NCBI GenBank assembly: GCA_964016885.1
Contig: OZ024760.1
Coordinates: forward strand, 34,658,001-34,722,000
Length of the DNA stretch: 64,000 nt
Origin: Eledone cirrhosa
Lineage: Eukaryota
Direction: 5' to 3'
The position numbers and the translations under genes are program-made. The notes under the pieces are model-generated. The model had not been told where the DNA came from and searched no databases. It saw nothing but the letters and a program-made list of their open reading frames with translations. Below, piece by piece: positions 48,201-63,200 of this stretch (positions within the stretch are counted from its first letter, which is position 1; every line of letters begins with the position of its first letter).

Positions 48201-51200
48201 AAGACGGTTATATCTACACTGTTTTGTCTGTGTTGTATTACAAGGGTTATATCTACACTGTTTTGTCTGGTTGATATTAAAAGGGTTATATCTACACTGT
48301 TTTGTCTGGGTTATATTAAAAGGGTTATATCTACACTGTTTTTGTCTAGGTTATAGGAAAAGGGTTATATCTACACTGTTTTGTCTGGTTGATATTAAAA
48401 GGGTTATATCTACACTGTTTTGTCTGGATTATATTAAGAGGGTTATATCTACACTGTTTTGTCTGGTTCATATTAAAAGAGTTATATCTACACTGTTTTG
48501 TCTGGGTTATATTAAAAGGGTTATATCTATACTGTTTTGTCCTGGTTGATATTGAAAGGGTTATTTCTACACTGTTTTGTCTGGGTTATATTAAAAGGGT
48601 TATATCTACACTGTTTTGTCTGGGTTATATTAAAAGGGTTATATCTACACTGTTTTGTTTGGTTGATATTAAAAGAGTTATATCTACACTGTTTTGTCTG
48701 GATTATATTAAAAGGGTTATATCTATACTGTTTTGTCCTGGTTGATATTGAAAGGGTTATTTCTACACTGTTTTGTCTGGGTTATATTAAAAGGGTTATA
48801 TCTACACTGTTTTGTCTGGGTTATATTAAAAGGGTTATATCTACAGTTTTGTCTGGTTGATATTAAAAGGCTTATATCTACACTGTTTTGTCTGGGTTAT
48901 ATTAAAAGGGTTATATCTACACTGTTTTGTTTGGTTGATATTAAAAGAGTTATATCTACACTGTTTTGTCTGGGTTATATTAAAAGGGTTATATCTATAC
49001 TGTTTTGTCCTGGTGGATATTAAAAGGGTTATTTCTACACTGTTTTGTCTGGTTGGTATTGAAAGGGTTATATCTACACTGTTTGTCTGGGTTATATTAA
49101 AAGGGTTATATATACACTGTTTTGTCTTCTTTGATATTAAAAGGGTTATATCTACACTGTTTTGTCTGGGTTATATTAAAAGTTATATCTATACGGTTTT
49201 GTCCTGGTTGATATTAAAAGGGTTATATCTACATTGTTTTTGTCTGGGTTATATTAAAAGGGTTATATCTACACTGTTTTGTCTGATTGATATTAAAAGA
49301 GTTATATCTATACTGTTTTGTCTGGGTTATATTAAAAGGGTTATATCTACAGTTTTGTCTAGGTTATATTAAAAGGGTTATATCTACACTGTTTTGTCTG
49401 GGTTATATTAAAAGGGTTATATCTACACTGTTTTGTCTGGGTTATATTGAAAGGGTTATATCTACACTGTTTTGTCTGGTTGATATTAAAAGGGTTATAC
49501 CTACACTATTTTGTCTGGGTTATATCAAAAGGGTTATATCTATACTGTTTTGTCTGGGTTATATCAAAAGGGTTATATCTACTCTGTTTGGTCTGGGTTA
49601 TATTAAAAGGGTTATATCTACACTGTTTTGTCCTTTTTGATATTAAAAGGGTTATATCTACACTGTTTTGTCTGGGTTATATTAAAAGGGTTATATCTAC
49701 ACTGTTTTGTCTGGTTGATATTAAAAGGGTTATATCTACACTGTTTTGTCTGGGTTATATTAAAAGGGTTATATCTACACTGTTTTGTCTGGTTGATATT
49801 AAAAGGGTTATATCAACACTGGTTTGTCCTGGTTGATATTAAAACGGTTATATCTACACTGTTTTGTCTGGGTTATATTTAAAGGGTTATATCTATACTG
49901 TTTTGTCCTGGTTGATATTAAAAGGGTTATATCTACACTGTTTTGTCTGGGTTATATTAAATGGGTTATATCTACACTGTTTTGTCTGGTTGATATTAAA
50001 AGGGTTATATCTACACTGGTTTGTCCTGGTTGATATTAAAACGGTTATATCTACACTGTTTTGTCTGGGTTATATTTAAAGGGTTATATCTATACTGTTT
50101 TGTCCTGGTTGATATTAAAAGGGTTATATCTACACTGTTTTGTCTGGGTTATATTAAAAGGATTATATCTACACTGTTTTGTGTGGGTTATATTAAAAGG
50201 ATTATATCTACATTGTTTTGTCTGGGTTATATTAAAAGGGTTATATCTACACTGTTTTGTCTGGGTTATATCTACACTGTTTTGTCTTGTTGATATTAAA
50301 AGGGTTATATCTACACTTTTGTCTGGTTGATATTAAAAGGGTTATACCTACACTGTTTTGTCTGGGTTATATCAAAAGGGTTATATCTATACTGTTTTGT
50401 CTGGTTGGTATTAAAAGGGTTATATCTACGCTGTTTTGTCTGGGTTATATTAAAAGGGTTATATCTACACTGTTTTGTCTGGTTGATATTAAAAGGGTTA
50501 TATCTATACTGTTTTTATTTGGGTTATATTAAAAGGGTTATAGCTACACTGCTTTGTCCTAGTTGATATTAAAAGGGTTATATCTACACTGTTTTGTCTG
50601 GGTTATATTAAAAGGGTTATATCTACACTGTGTTGTCTGGGTTATATTGAAAGGGTTATATCTACACTGTTTTGTCTGGTTGATATTAAAAGGGTTATAC
50701 CTACACTGTTTTGTCTGGGTTATATCAAAAGGGTTGTATCTATACTGTTTTGTCTGGTTGGTATTAAAAGGGTTATATCTACACTGTTTGGTCTGGGTTA
50801 TATTAAAAGGGTTATATCTACACTGTTTTGTCCTGGTTGATATTAAAAGGGTTATATCTACACTGTTTTGCCTGGGTTATATTAAAAGGGTTATATCTAC
50901 ACTGTTTTGTCTGGTTGATATTAAAAGGGTTATATCTACACTGTTTTGTCTGGGTTATATTAAAAGGGTTATATCTACACTGGTTTGTCCTGGTTGATAT
51001 TAAAACGGTTATATCTACACTGTTTTGTCTGGGTTATATTTAAAGGGTTATATCTATACTGTTTTGTCCTGGTTGATATTAAAAGGGTTATATCTACACT
51101 GTTTTGTCTGGGTTATATTAAAAGGGTTATATCTACACTGTTTTGTGTGGGTTATATTAAAAGGATTATATCTACATTGTTTTGTCTGGGTTATATTAAA

Positions 51201-54200
51201 AGGGTTATATCTACACTGTTTTGTCCGGGTTATATCAAAAGGGTTATATCTATACTGTTTTGTCTGGTTGGTATTAAAAGAGTTATATCTAAGCTGTTAT
51301 GTCTGGGTTATATTAAAAGGGTTATATCTACACTGTTTTGTCTGGTTGATATTAAAAGGGTTATATCTATACTGTTTTTATTTGGGTTATATTAAAAGGG
51401 TTATAGCTACACTGCTTTGTCCTGGTTGATATTAAAAGAGTTATATCTACACTGTTTTGTCTGGGTTATATCAAAAGGGTTATATCTACACTGTTTTGTC
51501 TGGGTTATATTAAAAGGGTTATATCTACACTGTTTTGTCTGGGTTATATTAAAAGGGTTATATCTACACTGTTTTGTCTGGGTTACGTTAAAAGGGTTAT
51601 ATCTACACTGGTTTGTCCAGGTTGATATTAAAACGGTTATATCTACACTGTTTTGTCTGGTTTATATTAAAAGGGTTATATCTATACTGTTTTGTCCTGG
51701 TGGATATTAAAAGGGTTATTTCTACACTGTTTTGTCTGGTTGGTATTGAAAGGGTTATATCTACACTGTTTGTCTGGGTTATATTAAAAGGGTTATATAT
51801 ACACTGTTTTGTCTTCGTTGATATTAAAAGGGTTATATCTACACTGTTTTGTCTGGGTTATATTAAAAGTTATATCTATACGGTTTTGTCCTGGTTGATA
51901 TTAAAAGGGTTATATCTACATTGTTTTTGTCTGGGTTATATTAAAAGGGTTATATCTACACTGTTTTGTCTGATTGATATTAAAAGAGTTATATCTATAC
52001 TGTTTTGTCTGGGTTATATTAAAAGGGTTATATCTACAGTTTTGTCTAGGTTATATTAAAAGGGTTATATCTACACTGTTTTGTCTGGGTTATATTAAAA
52101 GGGTTATATCTACACTGTTTTGTCTGGGTTATATTGAAAGGGTTATATCTACACTGTTTTGTCTGGTTGATATTAAAAGGGTTATACCTACACTGTTTTG
52201 TCTGGGTTATATCAAAAGGGTTATATCTATACTGTTTTGTCTGGTTGGTATTAAAAGGGTTATATCTATTCTGTTTGGTCTGGGTTATATTAAAAGGGTT
52301 ATATCTACACTGTTTTGTCCTGGTTGATATTAAAAGGGTTATATCTACACTGTTTTGTCTGGGTTATATTAAAAGGGTTATATCTACACTGTTTTGTCTG
52401 GTTGATATTAAAAGGGTTATATCTACACTGTTTTGTCTGGGTTATATTAAAAGGGTTATATCTACACTGTTTTGTCTGGTTGATATTAAAAGGGTTATAT
52501 CTACACTGGTTTGTCCTGGATGATATTAAAACGGTTATATCTACACTGTTTTGTCTGGGTTATATTTAAAGGGTTATATCTATACTGTTTTGTCCTGGTT
52601 GATATTAAAAGGGTTATATCTACACTGTTTTGTCTGGGTTATATTAAAAGGGTTATATCTACACTGTTTTGTCTGGTTGATATTAAAAGGGTTATATCTA
52701 CACTGGTTTGTCCTGGATGATATTAAAACGGTTATATCTACACTGTTTTGTCTGGGTTATATTAAAAGGGTTATATCTACACTGTTTTGTCTGGTTGATA
52801 TTAAAAGGGTTATAGCTACACTGTTTTGTCTGGTTGATATTAAAAGAGTTATATCTACACTGTTTTGTCTGGGTTATATTAAAAGGGTTATATCTATACT
52901 GTTTTGTCCTGGTGGATATTAAAAGGGTTATTTCTACACTGTTTTGTCTGGTTGGTATTGAAAGGGTTATATCTACACTGTTTTGTCTGGGTTATATTAA
53001 AAGGGTTATATCTACACTGTTTTGTCTGGTTGATATTAAAAGGGTTATATCTACACTGTTTTGTCTGGTTGATATTAAAAGTGTTATATCTACACTGTTT
53101 TGTCTAGGTTATATTAAGACGGTTATATCTACACTGTTTTGTCTGTGTTGTATTACAAGGGTTATATCTACACTGTTTTGTCTGGTTGATATTAAAAGGG
53201 TTATATCTACACTGTTTTGTCTGGGTTATATTAAAAGGGTTATATCTACACTGTTTTTGTCTAGGTTATATGAAAAGGGTTATATCTACACTGTTTTGTC
53301 TGGTTGATATTAAAAGGGTTATATCTACACTGTTTTGTCTGGATTATATTAAGAGGGTTATATCTACACTGTTTTGTCTGGTTCATATTAAAAGAGTTAT
53401 ATCTACACTGTTTTGTCTGGGTTATATTAAAAGGGTTATATCTATACTGTTTTGTCCTGGTTGATATTGAAAGGGTTATTTCTACACTGTTTTGTCTGGG
53501 TTATATTAAAAGGGTTATATCTACACTGTTTTGTCTGGGTTATATTAAAAGGGTTATATCTACACTGTTTTGTTCGGTTGATATTAAAAGAGTTATATCT
53601 ACACTGTTTTGTCTGGATTATATTAAAAGGGTTATATCTATACTGTTTTGTCCTGGTTGATATTGAAAGGGTTATTTCTACACTGTTTTGTCTGGGTTAT
53701 ATTAAAAGGGTTATATCTACACTGTTTTGTCTGGGTTATATTAAAAGGGTTATATCTACAGTTTTGTCTGGTTGATATTAAAAGGCTTATATCTACACTG
53801 TTTTGTCTGGGTTATATTAAAAGGGTTATATCTACACTGTTTTGTTTGGTTGATATTAAAAGAGTTATATCTACACTGTTTTGTCTGGGTTATATTAAAA
53901 GGGTTATATCTATACTGTTTTGTCCTGGTGGATATTAAAAGGGTTATTTCTACACTGTTTTGTCTGGTTGGTATTGAAAGGGTTATATCTACACTGTTTG
54001 TCTGGGTTATATTAAAAGGGTTATATATACACTGTTTTGTCTGGGTTATATTAAAAGTTATATCTATACGGTTTTGTCCTGGTTGATATTAAAAGGGTTA
54101 TATCTACATTGTTTTTGTCTGGGTTATATTAAAAGGGTTATATCTACACTGTTTTGTCTGATTGATATTAAAAGAGTTATATCTATACTGTTTTGTCTGG

Positions 54201-57200
54201 GTTATATTAAAAGGGTTATATCTACAGTTTTGTCTAGGTTATATTAAAAGGGTTATATCTACACTGTTTTGTCTGGGTTATATTAAAAGGGTTATATCTA
54301 CACTGTTTTGTCTGGGTTATATTGAAAGGGTTATATCTACACTGTTTTGTCCGGTTGATATTAAAAGGGTTATACCTACACTGTTTTGTCTGGGTTATAT
54401 CAAAAGGGTTATATCTATACTGTTTTGTCTGGTTGGTATTAAAAGGGTTATATCTATTCTGTTTGGTCTGGGTTATATTAAAAGGGTTATATCTACACTG
54501 TTTTGTCCTGGTTGATATTAAAAGGGTTATATCTACACTGTTTTGTCTGGGTTATATTAAAAGGGTTATATCTACACTGTTTTGTCTGGTTGATATTAAA
54601 AGGGTTATATCTACACTGTTTTGTCTGGGTTATATTAAAAGGGTTATATCTACACTGTTTTGTCTGGTTGATATTAAAAGGGTTATATCTACACTGGTTT
54701 GTCCTGGATGATATTAAAACGGTTATATCTACACTGTTTTGTCTGGGTTATATTTAAAGGGTTATATCTATACTGTTTTGTCCTGGTTGATATTAAAAGG
54801 GTTATATCTACACTGTTTTGTCTGGGTTATATTAAAAGGGTTATATCTACACTGTTTTGTCTGGTTGATATTAAAAGGGTTATATCTACACTGGTTTGTC
54901 CTGGATGATATTAAAACGGTTATATCTACACTGTTTTGTCTGGTTGATATTAAAAGGGTTATAGCTACACTGTTTTGTCTGGTTGATATTAAAAGAGTTA
55001 TATCTACACTGTTTTGTCTGGGTTATATTAAAAGGGTTATATCTATACTGTTTTGTCCTGGTGGATATTAAAAGGGTTATTTCTACACTGTTTTGTCTGG
55101 TTGGTATTGAAAGGGTTATATCTACACTGTTTTGTCTGGGTTATATTAAAAGGGTTATATCTACACTGTTTTGTCTGGTTGATATTAAAAGGGTTATATC
55201 TACACTGTTTTGTCTGGTTGATATTAAAAGTGTTATATCTACACTGTTTTGTCTAGGTTATATTAAGACGGTTATATCTACACTGTTTTGTCTGTGTTGT
55301 ATTACAAGGGTTATATCTACACTGTTTTGTCTGGTTGATATTAAAAGGGTTATATCTACACTGTTTTGTCTGGGTTATATTAAAAGGGTTATATCTACAC
55401 TGTTTTTGTCTAGGTTATAGGAAAAGGGTTATATCTACACTGTTTTGTCTGGTTGATATTAAAAGGGTTATATCTACACTGTTTTGTCTGGATTATATTA
55501 AGAGGGTTATATCTACACTGTTTTGTCTGGTTCATATTAAAAGAGTTATATCTACACTGTTTTGTCTGGGTTATATTAAAAGGGTTATATCTATACTGTT
55601 TTGTCCTGGTTGATATTGAAAGGGTTATTTCTACACTGTTTTGTCTGGGTTATATTAAAAGGGTTATATCTACACTGTTTTGTCTGGGTTATATTAAAAG
55701 GGTTATATCTACACTGTTTTGTTTGGTTGATATTAAAAGAGTTATATCTACACTGTTTTGTCTGGATTATATTAAAAGGGTTATATCTATACTGTTTTGT
55801 CCTGGTTGATATTGAAAGGGTTATTTCTACACTGTTTTGTCTGGGTTATATTAAAAGGGTTATATCTACACTGTTTTGTCTGGGTTATATTAAAAGGGTT
55901 ATATCTACAGTTTTGTCTGGTTGATATTAAAAGGCTTATATCTACACTGTTTTGTCTGGGTTATATTAAAAGGGTTATATCTACACTGTTTTGTTTGGTT
56001 GATATTAAAAGAGTTATATCTACACTGTTTTGTCTGGGTTATATTAAAAGGGTTATATCTATACTGTTTTGTCCTGGTGGATATTAAAAGGGTTATTTCT
56101 ACACTGTTTTGTCTGGTTGGTATTGAAAGGGTTATATCTACACTGTTTGTCTGGGTTATATTAAAAGGGTTATATATACACTGTTTTGTCTTCTTTGATA
56201 TTAAAAGGGTTATATCTACACTGTTTTGTCTGGGTTATATTAAAAGTTATATCTATACGGTTTTGTCCTGGTTGATATTAAAAGGGTTATATCTACATTG
56301 TTTTTGTCTGGGTTATATTAAAAGGGTTATATCTACACTGTTTTGTCTGATTGATATTAAAAGAGTTATATCTATACTGTTTTGTCTGGGTTATATTAAA
56401 AGGGTTATATCTACAGTTTTGTCTAGGTTATATTAAAAGGGTTATATCTACACTGTTTTGTCTGGGTTATATTAAAAGGGTTATATCTACACTGTTTTGT
56501 CTGGGTTATATTGAAAGGGTTATATCTACACTGTTTTGTCTGGTTGATATTAAAAGGGTTATACCTACACTATTTTGTCTGGGTTATATCAAAAGGGTTA
56601 TATCTATACTGTTTTGTCTGGGTTATATCAAAAGGGTTATATCTACTCTGTTTGGTCTGGGTTATATTAAAAGGGTTATATCTACACTGTTTTGTCCTTT
56701 TTGATATTAAAAGGGTTATATCTACACTGTTTTGTCTGGGTTATATTAAAAGGGTTATATCTACACTGTTTTGTCTGGTTGATATTAAAAGGGTTATATC
56801 TACACTGTTTTGTCTGGGTTATATTAAAAGGGTTATATCTACACTGTTTTGTCTGGTTGATATTAAAAGGGTTATATCAACACTGGTTTGTCCTGGTTGA
56901 TATTAAAACGGTTATATCTACACTGTTTTGTCTGGGTTATATTTAAAGGGTTATATCTATACTGTTTTGTCCTGGTTGATATTAAAAGGGTTATATCTAC
57001 ACTGTTTTGTCTGGGTTATATTAAAAGGGTTATATCTACACTGTTTTGTCTGGTTGATATTAAAAGGGTTATATCTACACTGGTTTGTCCTGGTTGATAT
57101 TAAAACGGTTATATCTACACTGTTTTGTCTGGGTTATATTTAAAGGGTTATATCTATACTGTTTTGTCCTGGTTGATATTAAAAGGGTTATATCTACACT

Positions 57201-60200
57201 GTTTTGTCTGGGTTATATTAAAAGGATTATATCTACACTGTTTTGTGTGGGTTATATTAAAAGGATTATATCTACATTGTTTTGTCTGGGTTATATTAAA
57301 AGGGTTATATCTACACTGTTTTGTCTGGGTTATATCTACACTGTTTTGTCTTGTTGATATTAAAAGGGTTATATCTACACTTTTGTCTGGTTGATATTAA
57401 AAGGGTTATACCTACACTGTTTTGTCTGGGTTATATCAAAAGGGTTATATCTATACTGTTTTGTCTGGTTGGTATTAAAAGGGTTATATCTACGCTGTTT
57501 TGTCTGGGTTATATTAAAAGGGTTATATCTACACTGTTTTGTCTGGTTGATATTAAAAGGGTTATATCTATACTGTTTTTATTTGGGTTATATTAAAAGG
57601 GTTATAGCTACACTGCTTTGTCCTAGTTGATATTAAAAGGGTTATATCTACACTGTTTTGTCTGGGTTATATTAAAAGGGTTATATCTACACTGTGTTGT
57701 CTGGGTTATATTGAAAGGGTTATATCTACACTGTTTTGTCTGGTTGATATTAAAAGGGTTATACCTACACTGTTTTGTCTGGGTTATATCAAAAGGGTTA
57801 TATCTATACTGTTTTGTCTGATTGGTATTAAAAGGGTTATATCTACACTGTTTGGTCTGGGTTATATTAAAAGGGTTATATCTACACTGTTTTGTCCTGG
57901 TTGATATTAAAAGGGTTATATCTACACTGTTTTGCCTGGGTTATATTAAATGGGTTATATCTACACTGTTTTGTCTGGTTGATATTAAAAGGGTTATATC
58001 TACACTGTTTTGTCTGGGTTATATTAAAAGGGTTATATCTACACTGGTTTGTCCTGGTTGATATTAAAACGGTTATATCTACACTGTTTTGTCTGGGTTA
58101 TATTTAAAGGGTTATATCTATACTGTTTTGTCCTGGTTGATATTAAAAGGGTTATATCTACACTGTTTTGTCTGGGTTATATTAAAAGGGTTATATCTAC
58201 ACTGTTTTGTGTGGGTTATATTAAAAGGATTATATCTACATTGTTTTGTCTGGGTTATATTAAAAGGGTTATATCTACACTGTTTTGTCTGGGTTATATC
58301 AAAAGGGTTATATCTATACTGTTTTGTCTGGTTGGTATTAAAATAGTTATATCTAAGCTGTTATGTCTGGGTTATATTAAAAGGGTTATATCTACACTGT
58401 TTTGTCTGGTTGATATTAAAAGGGTTATATCTATACTGTTTTTATTTGGGTTATATTAAAAGGGTTATAGCTACACTGCTTTGTCCTGGTTGATATTAAA
58501 AGAGTTATATCTACACTGTTTTGTCTGGGTTATATTAAAAGGGTTATATCTACACTGTTTTGTCTGGGTTATATTAAAAGGGTTATATCTACACTGTTTT
58601 GTCTGGGTTATATTAAAAGGGTTATATCTACACTGTTTTGTCTGGGTTACGTTAAAAGGGTTATATCTACACTGGTTTGTCCAGGTTGATATTAAAACGG
58701 TTATATCTACACTGTTTTGTCTGGTTTATATTAAAAGGGTTATATCTATACTGTTTTGTCCTGGTGGATATTAAAAGGGTTATTTCTACACTGTTTTGTC
58801 TGGTTGGTATTGAAAGGGTTATATCTACACTGTTTGTCTGGGTTATATTAAAAGGGTTATATATACACTGTTTTGTCTTCGTTGATATTAAAAGGGTTAT
58901 ATCTACACTGTTTTGTCTGGGTTATATTAAAAGTTATATCTATACGGTTTTGTCCTGGTTGATATTAAAAGGGTTATATCTACATTGTTTTTGTCTGGGT
59001 TATATTAAAAGGGTTATATCTACACTGTTTTGTCTGATTGATATTAAAAGAGTTATATCTATACTGTTTTGTCTGGGTTATATTAAAAGGGTTATATCTA
59101 CAGTTTTGTCTAGGTTATATTAAAAGGGTTATATCTACACTGTTTTGTCTGGGTTATATTAAAAGGGTTATATCTACACTGTTTTGTCTGGGTTATATTG
59201 AAAGGGTTATATCTACACTGTTTTGTCTGGTTGATATTAAAAGGGTTATACCTACACTGTTTTGTCTGGGTTATATCAAAAGGGTTATATCTATACTGTT
59301 TTGTCTGGTTGGTATTAAAAGGGTTATATCTATTCTGTTTGGTCTGGGTTATATTAAAAGGGTTATATCTACACTGTTTTGTCCTGGTTGATATTAAAAG
59401 GGTTATATCTACACTGTTTTGTCTGGGTTATATTAAAAGGGTTATATCTACACTGTTTTGTCTGGTTGATATTAAAAGGGTTATATCTACACTGTTTTGT
59501 CTGGGTTATATTAAAAGGGTTATATCTACACTGTTTTGTCTGGTTGATATTAAAAGGGTTATATCTACACTGGTTTGTCCTGGATGATATTAAAACGGTT
59601 ATATCTACACTGTTTTGTCTGGGTTATATTTAAAGGGTTATATCTATACTGTTTTGTCCTGGTTGATATTAAAAGGGTTATATCTACACTGTTTTGTCTT
59701 GGTTATATTAAAAGGGTTATATCTACACTGTTTTGTCTGGTTGATATTAAAAGGGTTATATCTACACTGTTTTGTGTGGGTTATATTAAAAGGGTTATAT
59801 CTACACTGTTTTGTCTGGGTTATATCTACACTGTTTTGTCTGGTTGATATTAAAAGGGTTATATCTACACTGTTTTGTCTGGGTTATATTAAAAGGGTTA
59901 TATCTACACTGTTTTGTCTGGTTGATATTAAAAGGGTTATATCTACACTGGTTTGTCCTGGTTGATATTAAAACGGTTATATCTACACTGTTTTGTCTGG
60001 GTTATATTAAAAGGATTATATCTACACTGTTTTGTGTGGGTTATATTAAAAGGATTATATCTACATTGTTTTGTCTGGGTTATATTAAAAGGGTTATATC
60101 TACACTGTTTTGTCTGGGTTATATCTACACTGTTTTGTCTTGTTGATATTAAAAGGGTTATATCTACACTTTTGTCTGGTTGATATTAAAAGGGTTATAC

Positions 60201-63200
60201 CTACACTGTTTTGTCTGGGTTATATCAAAAGGGTTATATCTATACTGTTTTGTCTGGTTGGTATTAAAAGGGTTATATCTACGCTGTTTTGTCTGGGTTA
60301 TATTAAAAGGGTTATATCTACACTGTTTTGTCTGGTTGATATTAAAAGGGTTATATCTATACTGTTTTTATTTGGGTTATATTAAAAGGGTTATAGCTAC
60401 ACTGCTTTGTCTTAGTTGATATTAAAAGGGTTATATCTACACTGTTTTGTCTGGGTTATATTAAAAGGGTTACATCTACACTGTGTTGTCTGGGTTATAT
60501 TGAAAGGGTTATATCTACACTGTTTTGTCTGGGTTATATTGAAAGGGTTATATCTACACTGTTTTGTCTGGTTGATATTAAAAGGGTTATACCTACACTG
60601 TTTTGTCTGGGTTATATCAAAAGGGTTATATCTATACTGTTTTGTCTGGTTGGTATTAAAAGGGTTATATCTACTCTGTTTGGTCTGGGTTATATTAAAA
60701 GGGTTATATCTACACTGTTTTGTCCTTGTTGATATTAAAAGGGTTATATCTACACTGTTTTGTCTGGGTTATATTAAAAGGGTTATATCTACACTGTTTT
60801 GTCTGGTTGATATTAAAAGGGTTATATCTACACTGTTTTGTCTGGGTTATATTAAAAGGGTTATATCTACACTGTTTTGTCTGGTTGATATTAAAAGGGT
60901 TATATCAACACTGGTTTGTCCTGGTTGATATTAAAACGGTTATATCTACACTGTTTTGTCTGGGTTATATTTAAAGGGTTATATCTACACTGTTTTGTCT
61001 GGGTTATATTAAAAGGGTTATATCTACACTGTTTTGTCTGGTTGATATTAAAAGGGTTATATCTACACTGGTTTGTCCTGGTTGATATTAAAACGGTTAT
61101 ATCTACACTGTTTTGTCTGGGTTATATTTAAAGGGTTATATCTATACTGTTTTGTCCTGGTTGATATTAAAAGGGTTATATCTACACTGTTTTGCCTGGG
61201 TTATATTAAAAGGATTATATCTACACTGTTTTGTGTGGGTTATATTAAAAGGATTATATCTACATTGTTTTGTCTGGGTTATATTAAAAGGGTTATATCT
61301 ACACTGTTTTGTCTGGGTTATATCTACACTGTTTTGTCTTGTTGATATTAAAAGGGTTATATCTACACTTTTGTCTGGTTGATATTAAAAGGGTTATACC
61401 TACACTGTTTTGTCTGGGTTATATCAAAAGGGTTATATCTATACTGTTTTGTCTGGTTGGTATTAAAAGGGTTATATCTACGCTGTTTTGTCTGGGTTAT
61501 ATTAAAAGGGTTATATCTACACTGTTTTGTCTGGTTGATATTAAAAGGGTTATATCTATACTGTTTTTATTTGGGTTATATTAAAAGGGTTATAGCTACA
61601 CTGCTTTGTCCTAGTTGATATTAAAAGGGTTATATCTACACTGTTTTGTCTGGGTTATATTAAAAGGGTTATATCTACACTGTGTTGTCTGGGTTATATT
61701 GAAAGGGTTATATCTACACTGTTTTGTCTGGTTGATATTAAAAGGGTTATACCTACACTGTTTTGTCTGGGTTATATCAAAAGGGTTATATCTATACTGT
61801 TTTGTCTGGTTGGTATTAAAAGGGTTATATCTACACTGTTTGGTCTGGGTTATATTAAAAGGGTTATATCTACACTGTTTTGTCCTGGTTGATATTAAAA
61901 GGGTTATATCTACACTGTTTTGCCTGGGTTATATTAAAAGGGTTATATCTACACTGTTTTGTCTGGTTGATATTAAAAGGGTTATATCTACACTGTTTTG
62001 TCTGGGTTATATTAAAAGGGTTATATCTACACTGGTTTGTCCTGGTTGATATTAAAACGGTTATATCTACACTGTTTTGTCTGGGTTATATTTAAAGGGT
62101 TATATCTATACTGTTTTGTCCTGGTTGATATTAAAAGGGTTATATCTACACTGTTTTGTCTGGGTTATATTAAAAGGGTTATATCTACACTGTTTTGTGT
62201 GGGTTATATTAAAAGGATTATATCTACATTGTTTTGTCTGGGTTATATTAAAAGGGTTATATCTACACTGTTTTGTCTGGTTGGTATTAAGAGTTATATC
62301 TAAGCTGTTATGTCTGGGTTATATTAAAAGGGTTATATCTACACTGTTTTGTCTGGTTGATATTAAAAGGGTTATATCTATACTGTTTTTATTTGGGTTA
62401 TATTAAAAGGGTTATAGCTACACTGCTTTGTCCTGGTTGATATTAAAAGAGTTATATCTACACTGTTTTGTCTGGGTTATATTAAAAGGGTTATATCTAC
62501 ACTGTTTTGTCTGGGTTATATTAAAAGGGTTATATCTACACTGTTTTGTCTGGGTTATATTAAAAGGGTTATATCTACACTGTTTTGTCTGGGTTACGTT
62601 AAAAGGGTTATATCTACACTGGTTTGTCCAGGTTGATATTAAAACGGTTATATCTACACTGTTTTGTCTGGTTTATATTAAAAGGGTTATATCTATACTG
62701 TTTTGTCCTGGTGGATATTAAAAGGGTTATTTCTACACTGTTTTGTCTGGTTGGTATTGAAAGGGTTATATCTACACTGTTTGTCTGGGTTATATTAAAA
62801 GGGTTATATATACACTGTTTTGTCTTCGTTGATATTAAAAGGGTTATATCTACACTGTTTTGTCTGGGTTATATTAAAAGTTATATCTATACGGTTTTGT
62901 CCTGGTTGATATTAAAAGGGTTATATCTACATTGTTTTTGTCTGGGTTATATTAAAAGGGTTATATCTACACTGTTTTGTCTGATTGATATTAAAAGAGT
63001 TATATCTATACTGTTTTGTCTGGGTTATATTAAAAGGGTTATATCTACAGTTTTGTCTAGGTTATATTAAAAGGGTTATATCTACACTGTTTTGTCTGGG
63101 TTATATTAAAAGGGTTATATCTACACTGTTTTGTCTGGGTTATATTGAAAGGGTTATATCTACACTGTTTTGTCTGGTTGATATTAAAAGGGTTATACCT